Under the pieces are notes generated by a model that was given only the letters and a program-made list of their open reading frames with translations, was not told where the DNA came from and searched no databases. Below, one piece after another: positions 42,121 through 54,729 of a stretch of 64,000 nucleotides of DNA. The stretch lies in assembly GCA_964016885.1 (NCBI GenBank), contig OZ024747.1:77252001-77316000 (forward strand), written 5' to 3'. Positions within the stretch are counted from its first letter, which is position 1. Every line of letters starts with the position of its first letter. Origin of the DNA: Eledone cirrhosa (lineage: Eukaryota). Both the position numbers and the translations under genes were made by a program.

Positions 42121-42852
42121 TTTTTTTGGTTGTCCATCGTAAACGATGATGACATCTTCTCTATTGTTGTTCCCGTCTGCCGTGGGCATGAAGGTGGCTG
42201 TGGAAGCCGATCGTTGACTTGCAGGTCCGGGGACAGTGGGGGCAGGGGAATAGATCGGAGTCAGACTGGCAACTCCCAGAGGTTACCTCCACCTGTCACC
42301 TCCGCCTCTTGCCTATCGCCGCAGGGCTTTAAAGAAGAAACCTGTGCGGGAAAGGTTTATAGTGGGAGGGCCAGTGCACAGTGACGGTCCCACTCACTCG
42401 GTAGCAGAAGCCAGAATCTGGTGGTACGGAGGACCGTCACGACCAGCGACTTCCTTGGCTGCAGTGGATGGCCACGACGTCTGTAGTGCCTTGCCGTGCC
42501 ATAGCGCTCCACACCGCTTGCTGTCGCCGCCTTCGTGACCTGTTGGGACGATGTTGTCCTCCTCCACTCACTCTGCCAGGTCCAGTCTTCGCATGCAGGT
42601 GCAGGAATACCCTATCTAACTCACCGGGGAGGGGGGGGGGGGGGGGGTCAGACCCGTTCGGCTACCCTCAACCTGGTTCGGCTCGCCATCCAAGGCGGTT
42701 TACCGGGGTGTGGCCGCTGTCGCATGCTACAGCTTCTTGGGGCCACTGGTGAGAGCTGAGTGTCAGGTGGGACCCAATGCAGGACGAGCTATCCTGAAAA
42801 GGACATGGCTAGCCCCCCCTACAGAGGTACATGCCCCTCCCTGACACCCCAG
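42121..42852 (-). mobile_element. Bipartite non-autonomous RTE (5' UTR fused to 3' end)
   Basis: GC-rich RTE-type 5' UTR joined to a C2H2-like terminus CPHC..TCKSTIGFHSHLHAH (one frameshift), then GATGGACAACC-poly(A). Confidence 0.7.
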
Positions 42853-42859
42853 GCATATA

Positions 42860-43105
42860 CACACGCATACACATACACGTACATATGTACATGTGTATAT
42901 ACATATTTACACATTTTTGGATAGCCGTTGACTCTTATGAGTTCTTCCGCCCTTTGTTAGGTTTTGTTTTTTGTCATGCAGGGTGTCCAAAATCACCCTC
43001 TTCACCAAGTAAACTTGGTGGGTTGCCAGTTTAGTCGCCGACGACCCGACCATGCGACAGGTTGTACTGGTTTACATGTCACCAGTAACACTCAAAAGTG
43101 ACCTG
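42860..43105 (-). mobile_element. Short interspersed element (copy on + at 60848-61095)
   Basis: Two similar dispersed copies with a (TA/TG) tail. Confidence 0.75.
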
Positions 43106-44057
43106 ACATATAATATATACTATAGACAGTGTATATATAATATATATATAGTGTATATATATGTTGTGACATCACTGGTGTCAAGCTGTATCAGCCATTG
43201 TCTTTCCCTTGGACAACATCATATATAGTGTATAATATATACTATACACAGTGTATATATAATATATATATAGTGTATATATATGTTGTGACATCACTGG
43301 TGTCAAGCTGTATCAGCCATTGTCTTTCCCTTGGACAACATGGTGTCATGGAGAGGAGAGACTGGTATGTATGGGTGACTGCTGGTCTTCCACAGACAAC
43401 CTTGCCTGGACTTGTACCTCAGAGGGGAACTTTCTAGGTGAAAATCCCATGGTCATTTGTGACCGAAGGGGGTGTTTACCCCTCTTTTATATAGGAAATA
43501 TAGCATCAATGTACATCTTCTAACTATAATATTTTAACCTTCTGCCAAATACCATCATGGTATTATTGTTAATATCTGCAAAACGAATGTGTCCTACATT
43601 GAAATAAACGTATATGATTAAGTCTAATTAAGTCTAAGGCGTAATTTAAGTCTTGACGAACTGCACAAATTAGTTCATTATCCACATTGGAAAACATTTT
43701 TGGGATTTTAACGTTTATGTCATTTTCTTATGGTTTTTTTATCTAGCCTTTACTGCTATTTTTTTCTCTCTGTTGAATGTTTTTATTTATGTTTAACTTG
43801 TATTTAGTTGTTTTGCTTGTTTTCAAAACTGTTTTTTATTTTTCTGTTTAATAGTTTCTCATATTTAATGTATCTTTATAGTTTTGTCTACTTGTCTGTT
43901 TAGGTGCCAACTTAATACGCTTGGTTTTATACATATTGCTATTCTATCTCTTGAACTAGCTGACTTTTTATATGATATTTTGATCATATAAAAATCCTGT
44001 TTACATGACAAATATTTTCGATTACACAGTCGGGACGTTATTTGGTGTAAGGACATT

Positions 44058-44245
44058 GTGGATTGGCAGTATCGGTAGAGGGTCGGACGCCATGCTTTGA
44101 CGCATAGAGTTACGGCCCTTGCCATTCTGAGTTCAAATCCCGCTGAGGTTAACTTTGCCTTTCATCCATACGGGGTCGATAAAATAAAGTACCAGTAATG
44201 TACTGGATAATTGCTGGCCTTGTGCCAAAAGTAGAAACAATTATT
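44058..44245 (+). mobile_element. Nin-type SINE
   Basis: A box, B box and core present. Confidence 0.85.
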
Positions 44246-44558
44246 TGTTCCCTATAGTGTTAGGAATGATGTAAAACAACACAGGGTCAAACTTCTGTCG
44301 AGCAACATATCAGTTGAAGTAGATAGCAGTTCTCACATCCATTCCTACCACGGCTGCTGCCTTAGGAGTAGAATTTCTTTTATTTCTTAGAGTCTATAAT
44401 TCCGAGTTTCCTATTTTGAGATAATTCTTCAGGTTCTTCTTACTAGATTAAATGAATAAAATAAAACCATTCGATGAGTAGCGCTGTATCAACAATCAAA
44501 TCTCATTAAAAGGTGGCTGATTTGGCCGCCATCATAGTTAGATACTCTCGGCTCATAA

Positions 44559-44739
44559 ATAATTGTTTCTACTTTAGGCACAAGGCCAGAAATTACCCAG
44601 TGCATTACTGGTACTTTATTTTATCGATCCCGTAAGGATGAAAGGCAAAGTCAACTTCGGCGGGATTTGAACTCAGATCGTAAAGGGACGTAACTATGCT
44701 GGAAAGCATGGCGTCCGACCCTCTACCGATACTGACAAT
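44559..44739 (-). mobile_element. Nin-type SINE
   Basis: Inverted relative to 44058-44245, ~310 bp away. Confidence 0.85.
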
Positions 44740-46214
44740 AGGTGGTCGTTAGAATAAACGGGATGGTGGTGGAAAATCGGTAATTCTTCTAGGTTGTCTC
44801 TCTTGATTTTTAAAAAACCAGAATTAGTCGTTTAGTTTACATATTGAGACCCCAACCCATCCTATTTATTTCATAACGTATGGAATTTCTTGTAATCTTT
44901 TTTTTTTCAGGTATAATGTTCTTTAATGTCTAAAGAAAATTAACTATCGCAGAAATACTGTCATTTAAAATAAGATTTCGCTGGAGATAGAGTGATGGGG
45001 TGGGGGGATATCTGAACAATTAATAAGCAAGGGGTGGGGGACGATTATTCGAGACCCAAGAGTAAACTAAAACTACAGCCGTCAATGGGATATGACCTGG
45101 TGTTATGTAACATGCTTCCACTAAGGGTTTTAGGTAACCACGCTGTCACGAGCCGACAAAAATACTCTCTGTTGTCTGCCTCTCTTAATCCAGTGGAACA
45201 TTCAGGATTTGACAGATAGAAGGAGAGAGGGCTACTCCAGCACTGGCCTGGTGCCTTCTTTATCAACCCGAAAGAAGGAATGGCTAAGTGGAACCAGCAA
45301 GATTTGAACTCAGAACAAAGAGGACCTGCAACAAATATCCTACGTTATAACAACTCTGCTAAATTGACCTGTGTTAACCCTTCATTTATAGACGTGTATA
45401 TTCCATATATAAATTAAGCATGACATTTTTTTCCCATCCGATTCCCCTAATTTTAATATATTGATTGCTCCACTATTAATGTATTAATTATTCCATTATT
45501 GATCTGTTGATTGCTTTGTTAGAACCGTTAGAATGTCGGATAGATTGTCGTTCCGGCTTTCTACTCTCTCAGCTCAAATTCTGCCAAGGTCAACATGGCC
45601 TTTTATCCATTCGAGATTGATAAAAAAAAAGGTACCAGACTGGGGTTGATTCTGCCTCTATATCTCTTTCTCACTTCTATTTTCTCATTCTCTATATCCT
45701 TCTCTTGAAGAAATCTGCTGTTTTCAAACCTGGAGAGGGGATAGGCTCCACCAGGTTTTAAAAATGCCCTAGAAACGCCGTATTTTAATATGGCGTCCTT
45801 ACGACTCACTCACGATTTATAGTCCCATACATGCAAACATTAATTATAAGTACACATTACCTTAGAGAGGGTTTCATCTCGTAACACACACACACAGCTG
45901 TGTATGTATGTGTATGTACAAATGTGTATATATATTAGGGTGGACCTTAGCAATAGGTAATTTTCCGAATGTTAAACTTTTGCTACTCCCACCCGCTAAG
46001 CCTGTTTCAATCAACAAAAACACGGAGTGAGAAAAATTTCAGCTCAATCGGACAACTTTTAGATGACCCTCAAACGCCTTGAAGTTGGAACATAGTATAC
46101 ACAACAATTAATTCTGTTCAAAAACGGTATACTGTTCCCTATCTCGACCATTTTCTTTTTCTTAGAGAAATTTATGTGGACACATCCAGGCAACCCCAGC
46201 AAATGTATATATAT

Positions 46215-46261
<47 letters not shown>

Positions 46262-46623
46262 TGCAGAATGGCCCAGCTTGCTCGGGATTTGTTCTAGGGT
46301 TCTTATATATTTGATATATATTTATCCTTATCGAGCCTCGTGAAATAAATACGTTTGTTTATATTTTGTTATTATGTATGCAAAAATATCTGTACACGAA
46401 TATATAATTATATATATATATATATAACAGTACAGAGAAATACGGAATACCTCGGCCTCCGTATGGTGTCTACATTTTGGGCTTATAAAAACATTTCGTC
46501 GTAGATTACCAGGGTTTTTTTCCGTGCGAAGAAAATCAATACTTTATCGCGAAATAAATACTTTTGTTTATATTTTGTTATTGTGTATGCAAACATATCT
46601 GTACACGAATATATAATTATATA

Positions 46624-46714
<91 letters not shown>

Positions 46715-46820
46715 CAGATTAAAGTGTAAGCAAAGAATCGCTGCTTTCACCCTTAACGGGATCTTCTGAAACTAAAAAAGTCACTCTGTGAACGCAGAAG
46801 TAAATATTTCGAAAAACGTT

Positions 46821-46875
<55 letters not shown>

Positions 46876-47185
46876 TTATATATATACATATATACACACA
46901 TGCACATATAGCGTCATAATGTCGTAATGCAGACAGCCAGACATACAGACAGATATCATAAGGGCGCAACGTTATATCTATGTATCTATCTAAAAAGAAA
47001 GACTAAGAATTATAGAGAGAGATCGCTAAATCGCCTAATGCGGTCCCTAGGGCATCGAAAATTTGAATTCTTTTTCCTCAAAACATTCACAGGACCATAC
47101 GTATTACATGTGTAAAGTTTGAAAATAATCGGTTGGGTGGTTCTCGAGTTTTAGTGAGCGGACAGATAGACAGACATTCTATAGA
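46262..47185 (-). mobile_element. Helitron family A copy
   Basis: Homologous to 13857-14770 and 52792-53550; 3' CTAG degraded. Confidence 0.75.
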
Positions 47186-47640
47186 TATATGGATAACCAC
47201 ATACTGATATATGTATATATGCTCCTCTCCTCCTCATCATCCAATTTTTACCCTTCCCCTTCCTTCTCTACCTCACCCCCATCCACCTTCCCCTTTCTCC
47301 CCTTCCTCCATTCCTCCCTACCCCCTCTCCTTTTTCTCTCCTTCCTCTGCTTCTTCTACTTGTTCTCCCTTTCTCATTGTTCTCCATGATCTCCTTTTCT
47401 CATAGCTTTCCTTGCCCTCCTATTATCATTGCTCTCCCTTTCTCCTTCTATCTATGTACTTGTTTATATATAAATACAATGAGAAAAGAGGAGCAAGGAG
47501 AAATATGAAAGCAAGGATAGTAAGGAGAGTATATATATACATATCATATATATATATGTATATATATGTATATATACATATTACTCAATACAGAGTACTC
47601 ATTTCTCTCAGCTGTCAACCACATACGGATATATGTATAT

Positions 47641-48023
47641 TAGGGAGCCCCTTAGCAATAGGTAATTTTCCGAAAGTTAAAACTTTGCTGCTCCCACAGT
47701 GGAAAATAGGTGTTTGCCCTACACCTGCGCTCTGTCCCCAGCTTTGCAAGTTACCTCCCCCGTTATATTTATTGTCACTTATCCTTCTAATACCAAGAAT
47801 AAGTCTGAACAAGTTTTTGATTTGAGAGAAAAATATAAGAGATAAAAAATTTTTATCTGAGAAAATGACTTTCCGGGCGAAAACTTCAAACTTTCACGGT
47901 CGATGAGGGTCGCCTTGCGGTAGTTAAATTGAGCTGAAATTGGGCACAGATTCATTTGTTGTTGATTAGAACGAGATACATGGGTGGGAGCTAAAATTTC
48001 GAAAGTTGAAAAATAAGGGCCAC

Positions 48024-48028
<5 letters not shown>
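47641..48028. mobile_element. TA-flanked MITE
   Basis: TAGGGAGCCCCTTA ... TAAGGGCCACCTTA with GCTCCCAC/GTGGGAGC sub-terminal IR; partial copy at ~45936-46090. Confidence 0.6.
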
Positions 48029-48105
<77 letters not shown>

Positions 48106-48161
48106 GTAGAACACTGGAAGGTAATATCCGTAGTGGTAGAGCACTCAGTCCATGGGACTGA

Positions 48162-48622
48162 GGTATAGACTACTCCATTCAATGGAAAGCCATCACTAAG
48201 TCCAAGCCATACGCAAGGGAAAATCCGTCGTGTGGACTATGTATTGATGAACGAATAAATATTCTAAAGAGATTATTCAATAGTGATTGCCTAAACACGA
48301 GGAATGAATTCTTCACACGTTGTCCACACGTCTCGAAACACCTCTTGCATAACTGCAAAGCGCCGGATTGAATCATTACAACATCATAATTTTCTTATCA
48401 ACTAAATATTTTTCGGACTTCCGCAGTTATCTCCCTTACACCTCTCGCACGCATTTTAGTATTGCCTGTGTGAAGTGACCAGTTTCTGCGCATGGGCGTT
48501 CGTACGGTTGTTCTTCCTGCTCCGTATAACCATGTCCATTACGAGCTGAAGATCCGTAAGGTGAAACAATTGTTCTCGGTATGGTGAACTAACTGTTGTG
48601 TAACCACTTCTATATATTTATT

Positions 48623-48625
<3 letters not shown>
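48162..48625 (+). mobile_element. Penelope-like element 3' end: GIY-YIG C-terminus plus pseudo-LTR
   Basis: 48162-48371 reads GIDYSIQWKAITKSKPYARENPSCGLCIDERINILKRLFNSDCLNTRNEFFTRCPHVSKHLLHNCKAPD*, the W...PY...CxLC..E...LN.R.E...C.H pattern of PLE endonuclease tails. Not in the ORF track because it lacks a start codon. Confidence 0.8.
48542..48578 (+). ncRNA. Minimal type I hammerhead ribozyme
   Basis: CGAG-CTGAAGA-TCC-GTAA-GGT-GAA-ACAATTGT-T-CTCG: 4-bp stem I, intact core, GNRA-capped stem II, palindromic stem III, GUU triplet. Confidence 0.8.
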
Positions 48626-48715
<90 letters not shown>

Positions 48716-48721
<6 letters not shown>

Positions 48722-48917
48722 ATACTTTGGGAGGGTCATGTTGCCAATAAGAAACACACGCACCAGTTGCTTTCACTTCAATGTATTATAATAAATTGAA
48801 GTGAAAGCAACTGGTGCGTGTGTTTCTTATTGGCAACATGACCCTCCCAAAGTATAACAATATCGGTTTCAACACACGTTTTCAGATAAAGAATTTTTCT
48901 AAACAAATTCAGAAACG

Positions 48918-48922
<5 letters not shown>
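48716..48922. repeat. Palindrome of a pseudo-LTR-like repeat (unfolded copy at ~5313-5445)
   Basis: 48716-48781 is the reverse complement of 48795-48862. Confidence 0.85.
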
Positions 48923-48977
<55 letters not shown>

Positions 48978-49027
48978 CCATTATCACAACATCGAACACC
49001 TTACTACTACTACTACTACTACTACTA

Positions 49028-49079
<52 letters not shown>

Positions 49080-49546
49080 TTGTTGTGAAAGAGTCATTTC
49101 TCAATCTTGGCGCAAAACCAATTTTTTATTCACATGACCTCTACCGACCAAAATTGTTTTGACCACAAGAATTTTTGCTGGAGCCACTTTTTTAACATAA
49201 AAACAGTCTTGGCGCAAAATCAATTTTTTACACTCACATGACCTCTACCGACCAATCAAAATTGTTTTGACCACAAGAAATTTTGCAACACCAAAGTAAC
49301 GCTGGAGCCACTTTTTTAACATAAAAACAGGTAGAATTCCCAAAACTAATCAGATCAGAGCAAACAGCACGGACACTCTATCTCAAAATTATTTTTGAAA
49401 AGCATTTAGAAATGCGCAACCGGTAAAAACTTAAAAACTTAAAAACACAACTGAATACTAACCCATACAATCACTAATACTCTTTTATTCCTAATTAAAC
49501 CATTTTTCAACTGTGAACAATTTGTCAGCATTTTCTATTCCGTTTA

Positions 49547-49646
<100 letters not shown>

Positions 49647-49719
49647 TACCAAACTCGCCCCATGGACTGAGTGCTCTACCACTACACATATTAACTTCCA
49701 GTGTCCTATCTCTCTCTCC

Positions 49720-49760
<41 letters not shown>

Positions 49761-49805
<45 letters not shown>

Positions 49806-50966
49806 GAAATGGGCGGTGGTTGAAATTCAAATGTGCACGGTTAAATGGTAGTAGACGTGGTCGGACTAACATGAAAATTTACACATCTATGTAAAAAGTG
49901 CCAAGGAAGCAAATAGATGAGATTTCAAATCTCTAACTTGAAAAATGTGGTCCCTGTGGCCCCAAAACTATCGCGTTAGGTGAGTTATTTCCCCCTGTTT
50001 TAATTTACAATTTCATAATCATCGACATTGTCTTATTTAAAATTTGTCTTATTACAATTTCATAATCATCGACATTGCTATTTCGCTGTTAATAAACTAT
50101 CATCCTTCTACATTTAACGATCATACAGTACCGTTTTATTAAATCGATTCTGCAGTACGGTCACTGTTGGCGATACTTGGTTTTAGTGTCCTAAATTATC
50201 ATCATCGACATTCAATTATTAGCTCCACACGATACGTCACGAAGGTAAATGTTTCGAAAAATTTTAAACTGTATATCGCAACAATATATTGTTTAAAGAA
50301 ATTTTTTTCTGTTGTTAAAAACTGTAAATCTGTTTTTAAAAAAATGTATTTCGCAGCAATTTTTTTTTCGGTTAAAAACTTAAAAACTGTAAATAAATAT
50401 TCATGTAAAAATGAAGCATAGTTTTTCTGTGAAAAACTGTAAATAAATATTTATTTAGTTCAAAAAATAAATCAAAAATCTAATTTTCTCTGTTAATATG
50501 TTAATAAATATTTATTCTAAAAATTCAATGTTTTTTCGTGTAAAAATGAAGCATATAAGAAAATGAACATGTAAAAATCAAGTCGCAGCAGCAGCTGATG
50601 ACGTATCGTGAAGTATCGTGTAGTGGGTGGAGCTAATAACTGAATGTCGATGATGATAATTTAGGACACTAAAACCAAATATTGCGAAGAAGGGACGCGT
50701 GTTTTTATTTTAATTCTAATACATGTTAATCACCACTAACAGTAAGTAGTATTTTTCAAATTGCATATCATCGACATTGATATTTCGCAGTTAATAAACA
50801 ACGCTTTTCACGTCGCTCCACTTCTCAATGTACGCCGTCCAGCCCCAAGTGCATATTTCTATTTTTTCTCCTGAAACTGTTTCTTTATAATAAACTTTCA
50901 ATAATATTTTTCAAATTATTAACTTAATAAAAAGTGGCCCCGGGTGCAACCGGGCTGAGCTGCTAG
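49761..50966 (+). mobile_element. Probable Helitron
   Basis: 3' hairpin CCCGG-GTGCAA-CCGGG plus CTAG|T at 50966. The 5' TC is inferred within (TC)n(TA)n. Internal IR ~50175-50235 vs 50620-50680. Confidence 0.55.
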
Positions 50967-51064
<98 letters not shown>

Positions 51065-51282
51065 TATGTTTCGGTGTGGGTGAAGGAATATTTGCTTTTT
51101 TTTCATGAGATTAATCTGTATGAAGGGAAGGGTTATCGTAGTATTTAATCAAATCAGCAATTGTCTCCATTCTTCTTTACAGATGTGAGCCAGCCACATT
51201 GATATAAACGCGGATAGAGTTGCTCCATTGTTCGAAAAACTGGAACAGATTTCGTTGAAATCGACAAAGATTCCGTTTTATT

Positions 51283-51444
51283 GATAGATAATAGTTGTTA
51301 TGAACAGATGCTTGTATTTGACGCTTTGCAAGGAGCCAATCCCATTCTTTAAACATTGTTATTGACAAACAATGTTTAAAGAATGGGATTGGCTCCTTGT
51401 AAAGCGCAAGTACTAGCATCTGTTCATATCAACTATTATTTATC
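51283..51444. repeat. Fold-back palindrome (~75-bp arms)
   Basis: GGAGCCAATCCCATTCTTTAAACATTGT ... ACAATGTTTAAAGAATGGGATTGGCTCC. Confidence 0.88.
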
Positions 51445-51445
51445 A

Positions 51446-51603
51446 CGGTGGATTGGCAGTATCGGTAGAGAGTCGGACGCCATGCTTTCCAGCATGGCGT
51501 CCGACTCTCAGATAAAAATGTCCTTCATCCGTCGATAAAATAAAGTACCATTAATGTACTGAGTAATTGCTGGCCTTGTGCCAAAAAAGTAGAAACAATT
51601 ATT
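51446..51603 (+). mobile_element. Nin-type SINE with an internal inversion/deletion
   Basis: 5' and 3' ends intact; the middle is replaced by an inverted copy (AGAGTCGGACGCCATGCT/AGCATGGCGTCCGACTCT). Confidence 0.8.
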
Positions 51604-51789
51604 TATCAATTTACAAAATGGTATAGTTAATCATGTTTATTTCAGATAGACCACACATCTCACATGCTGCAAGGTATATACTAAGTAAAGTAAAAAATAC
51701 TGTGACAATATATTAATAAACTGACACATACAGTTCCTGCCACAAGAGAGCTGTTAGTGCACATACTTAAATATGGAATGATACGGGAT

Positions 51790-52575
51790 GCCCCCCCCCC
51801 TCCCTACAGCCCCGGCGGACAGGACCGAGAAGGCGTTTCCCCGGAGGACGGCAAGGGAGACGCGCTGGAAAAGCCACTCCAACTCGCGGTGTTCACACAT
51901 GCGGCGGGCCATCTCAGCGCCTATGGTGGTGAGTAGGGAGATAGCCCTGGGGCCGAGGACACCAGAAGTCTCCGCTTCCAGGGGTACAACCGCAAACCTG
52001 TCGGGGAGCGACCGGTATTTGAGGAGTTTGGCCTCCTCAGCCCAACGTACAGCAGAACCTGGGTTAGTCGCAGACTGCACCAGGTTGCGAGGGGTTTGCC
52101 ACCGCGGAACGGGAAGATGGTCATGCCATCTGGCCTTTTGCCGTCCCCTCGGTCCAGCCCCACGTCAACAGGGGGAGAAGGAGGAGGGACGTCTACTGGG
52201 CTAAGTCCCAGTCGGTCCCACGTCTCACAGGCGGCTTCACGTTCTTTGAACACAGAGGGTTCTATTGTGTTTTGAAGAACCCTGCTGACGAGGACGCGGC
52301 ACTAGGTTACCGACGAAAGATACGCCGGCAAAGACAGCGAGATCGGGGACCGGAGGCCAAGGCCGCCATACCTGACAGGTAAAGTGGCCTGTTGCCATCC
52401 AATGTCGTCAAACTTGACGTTGCATATCTCCTCGGCTGCTGCTCCGATACAAGTATCGAGGTCAGCGAGGAGAGATGTATGCGCTGCGAAGGGTATAGAG
52501 GAGCTTCGGCATGTCGAAGCAGTTCCTCAACAGAAGGAGAGCTGGGTGGCCGTCGATCAAGCGCAGTCTCTTTTG
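51790..52575 (-). mobile_element. CRE-clade non-LTR retrotransposon fragment
   Basis: HPALLLLRNC..MPKLLYTLRS, WQQATLPVRYGGLGLR, GKRPDG, K..KY, E.ETSG..G, WLFQRVSLAVLRGNA; deletions and frameshifts. Confidence 0.82.
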
Positions 52576-52791
52576 GTGAGTGTTTATTGAAAAGAATAAT
52601 GCCATGATTGTGTTGTTAACAACGAGTTTTGTATGAAGGAAAAATAGAATTTCCAAAAGCCTGGGGGCAAATTTGTAGAATAATTAACGGTTTCCTTACC
52701 ATATTTTTAACGAAATACACTGTTGGTGTTTGGAACATAACTTAACAAAGGTTCTTATATAAAATTATGATGGAAGGTTTTTAGATAAATA

Positions 52792-53083
52792 CTAGCAGAA
52801 TGGCCCGGTCTTTCTCGGGATTTTCTCTAGGGTTCTTCTATATTTGATATATATTTATCCTTATCGAGGCTTCTGAAATAAATACGTTTGTTTATATTTT
52901 GTTATTGTGTATGCAAAAATATCTGTACACGAATATATAATTATATATATTTATATATATATTAAAATAACAGATTAAAGTGTAAGCAAAGAATCGCTGC
53001 TTTCACCCTTAACGGGATCTTCTGAAACTAAAGAAATCAATCTGTGAACGCAGAAGTAAATATTTCGAAAAACGTTACACACA

Positions 53084-53167
<84 letters not shown>

Positions 53168-53550
53168 TATATATACATCTATACACACACTATATATACA
53201 TATATACACACACTATATATACATATATACACACACACACATATAGCGTCATAATGTCGTAATGCAGACAGCCAGACATACAGACAGATATCATAAGGGC
53301 GCAACGTTATATCTATGTATCTATCTAAAAAGAAAGACTAAGAATTATAGAGAGAGATCGCTAAATCGCCTAATGCGGTCCCTAGGGCATCGAAAATTTG
53401 AATTCTTTTTCCTCAAAACATTCACAGGACCATACGTATTACATGTGTAAAGTTTGAAAACAATCGGTTGGGTGGTTCTCGAGTTTTAGGGAGTCAGACA
53501 GACAGACAGATGGACAGACAGACAGACATTCTCTGTTTTAGATATATAGA
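52792..53550 (-). mobile_element. Helitron family A copy
   Basis: CTAG at 52792-52795 with hairpin; 5' TCTATATATC at 53550. Confidence 0.85.
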
Positions 53551-53627
53551 CTAGAAGAAAACCGCCCACGGGTGGTTTTCTGCTAGTATATATATATATT
53601 ACACACACAGAAATGTATATATATTTC

Positions 53628-53658
<31 letters not shown>

Positions 53659-53686
53659 TACACACACAGAAATGTATATATATTTC

Positions 53687-53719
<33 letters not shown>

Positions 53720-53747
53720 TACACACACAGAAATGTATATATATTTC

Positions 53748-53822
<75 letters not shown>

Positions 53823-54158
53823 CACACACACAGAAATGTATATATGTTTCTGTAGCACTCCTCAATTCCACCCTCTCTCCCTCCCGCTATCCCCCTCTTG
53901 TAGTCTGTCTCTTTCTTTCACTCTCACTCTCTCTCTACGCGTGCGCAAAAAACATTCGCACGCGCGCACGTGTTTTAGCGTCTATTCACTCTCTCTCTCT
54001 CTCTCCCGCTCTCCCTCCCGGTATCTCCCTCTCGTAGTCTGTCTCTTTCTTTCACTCTCACTCTCTCTCTACGCGTGCGCAAAAACATTCGCACGCGCGC
54101 ACGTGTTTCCACTGTAGGACAGACAGACAGAGAAATTGCTGGTTATATATTATAAGGA
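53551..54158 (-). mobile_element. Second Helitron-like element in tandem
   Basis: CTAG abuts the 5' end of the family A copy; (GTCT)n plus TCCTTATAATATATAA at the other end; internal tandem duplications. Confidence 0.55.
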
Positions 54159-54167
54159 AATAAACAT

Positions 54168-54395
54168 TTTAACCCTTTCATTACCATATTTCTAATGAAA
54201 GACACTGTTGGTGTTTGGAACATAACTTAACAAAGGTTCTTATATAAAATTATGATGGAAGGTTTTTAGATAAATATAAACACTTTAACCCTTTCATTAC
54301 CATATTTCTAATGAGAGATACTGTTGGTGTTTGGAACATAACTTAACAAAGGTTTTTACATAAAATTACGATGGAAGGGTTTTAGATAAATATAA
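54168..54395. repeat. ~117-bp tandem repeat with piggyBac-like TTAACCC start (third unit at ~52684-52790)
   Basis: Seen directly. Confidence 0.75.
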
Positions 54396-54611
54396 ACGCT
54401 TTAAAACAAATAGTTTTTTATCATCAAAACAGAGGCTACCTCCAGGTGAGTTGTCAAGAGTCCTGCACCCCTCTCACCAAAGGAATTTATATATATATAT
54501 ATGTATGTATATATATGTATATATGTATGTATGAGTATGTGTGTGTATGTATGTATGAGTGTGTGTATGTATGTATGTATGTATGTATGTATGTATGTAT
54601 GTATGTATGTA

Positions 54612-54647
<36 letters not shown>

Positions 54648-54729
54648 AGTGTGTGTATGTATGTATCTGTGTGTGTATGTATGTATGTGTGTGTATATAT
54701 GTATGTATGTATGTATGTGTGTGTGTATG

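Noticed and set aside
43890-44050. Plus-strand host exon after the TTTAG acceptor
   Set aside because: Stops in all three frames; no recognisable protein.
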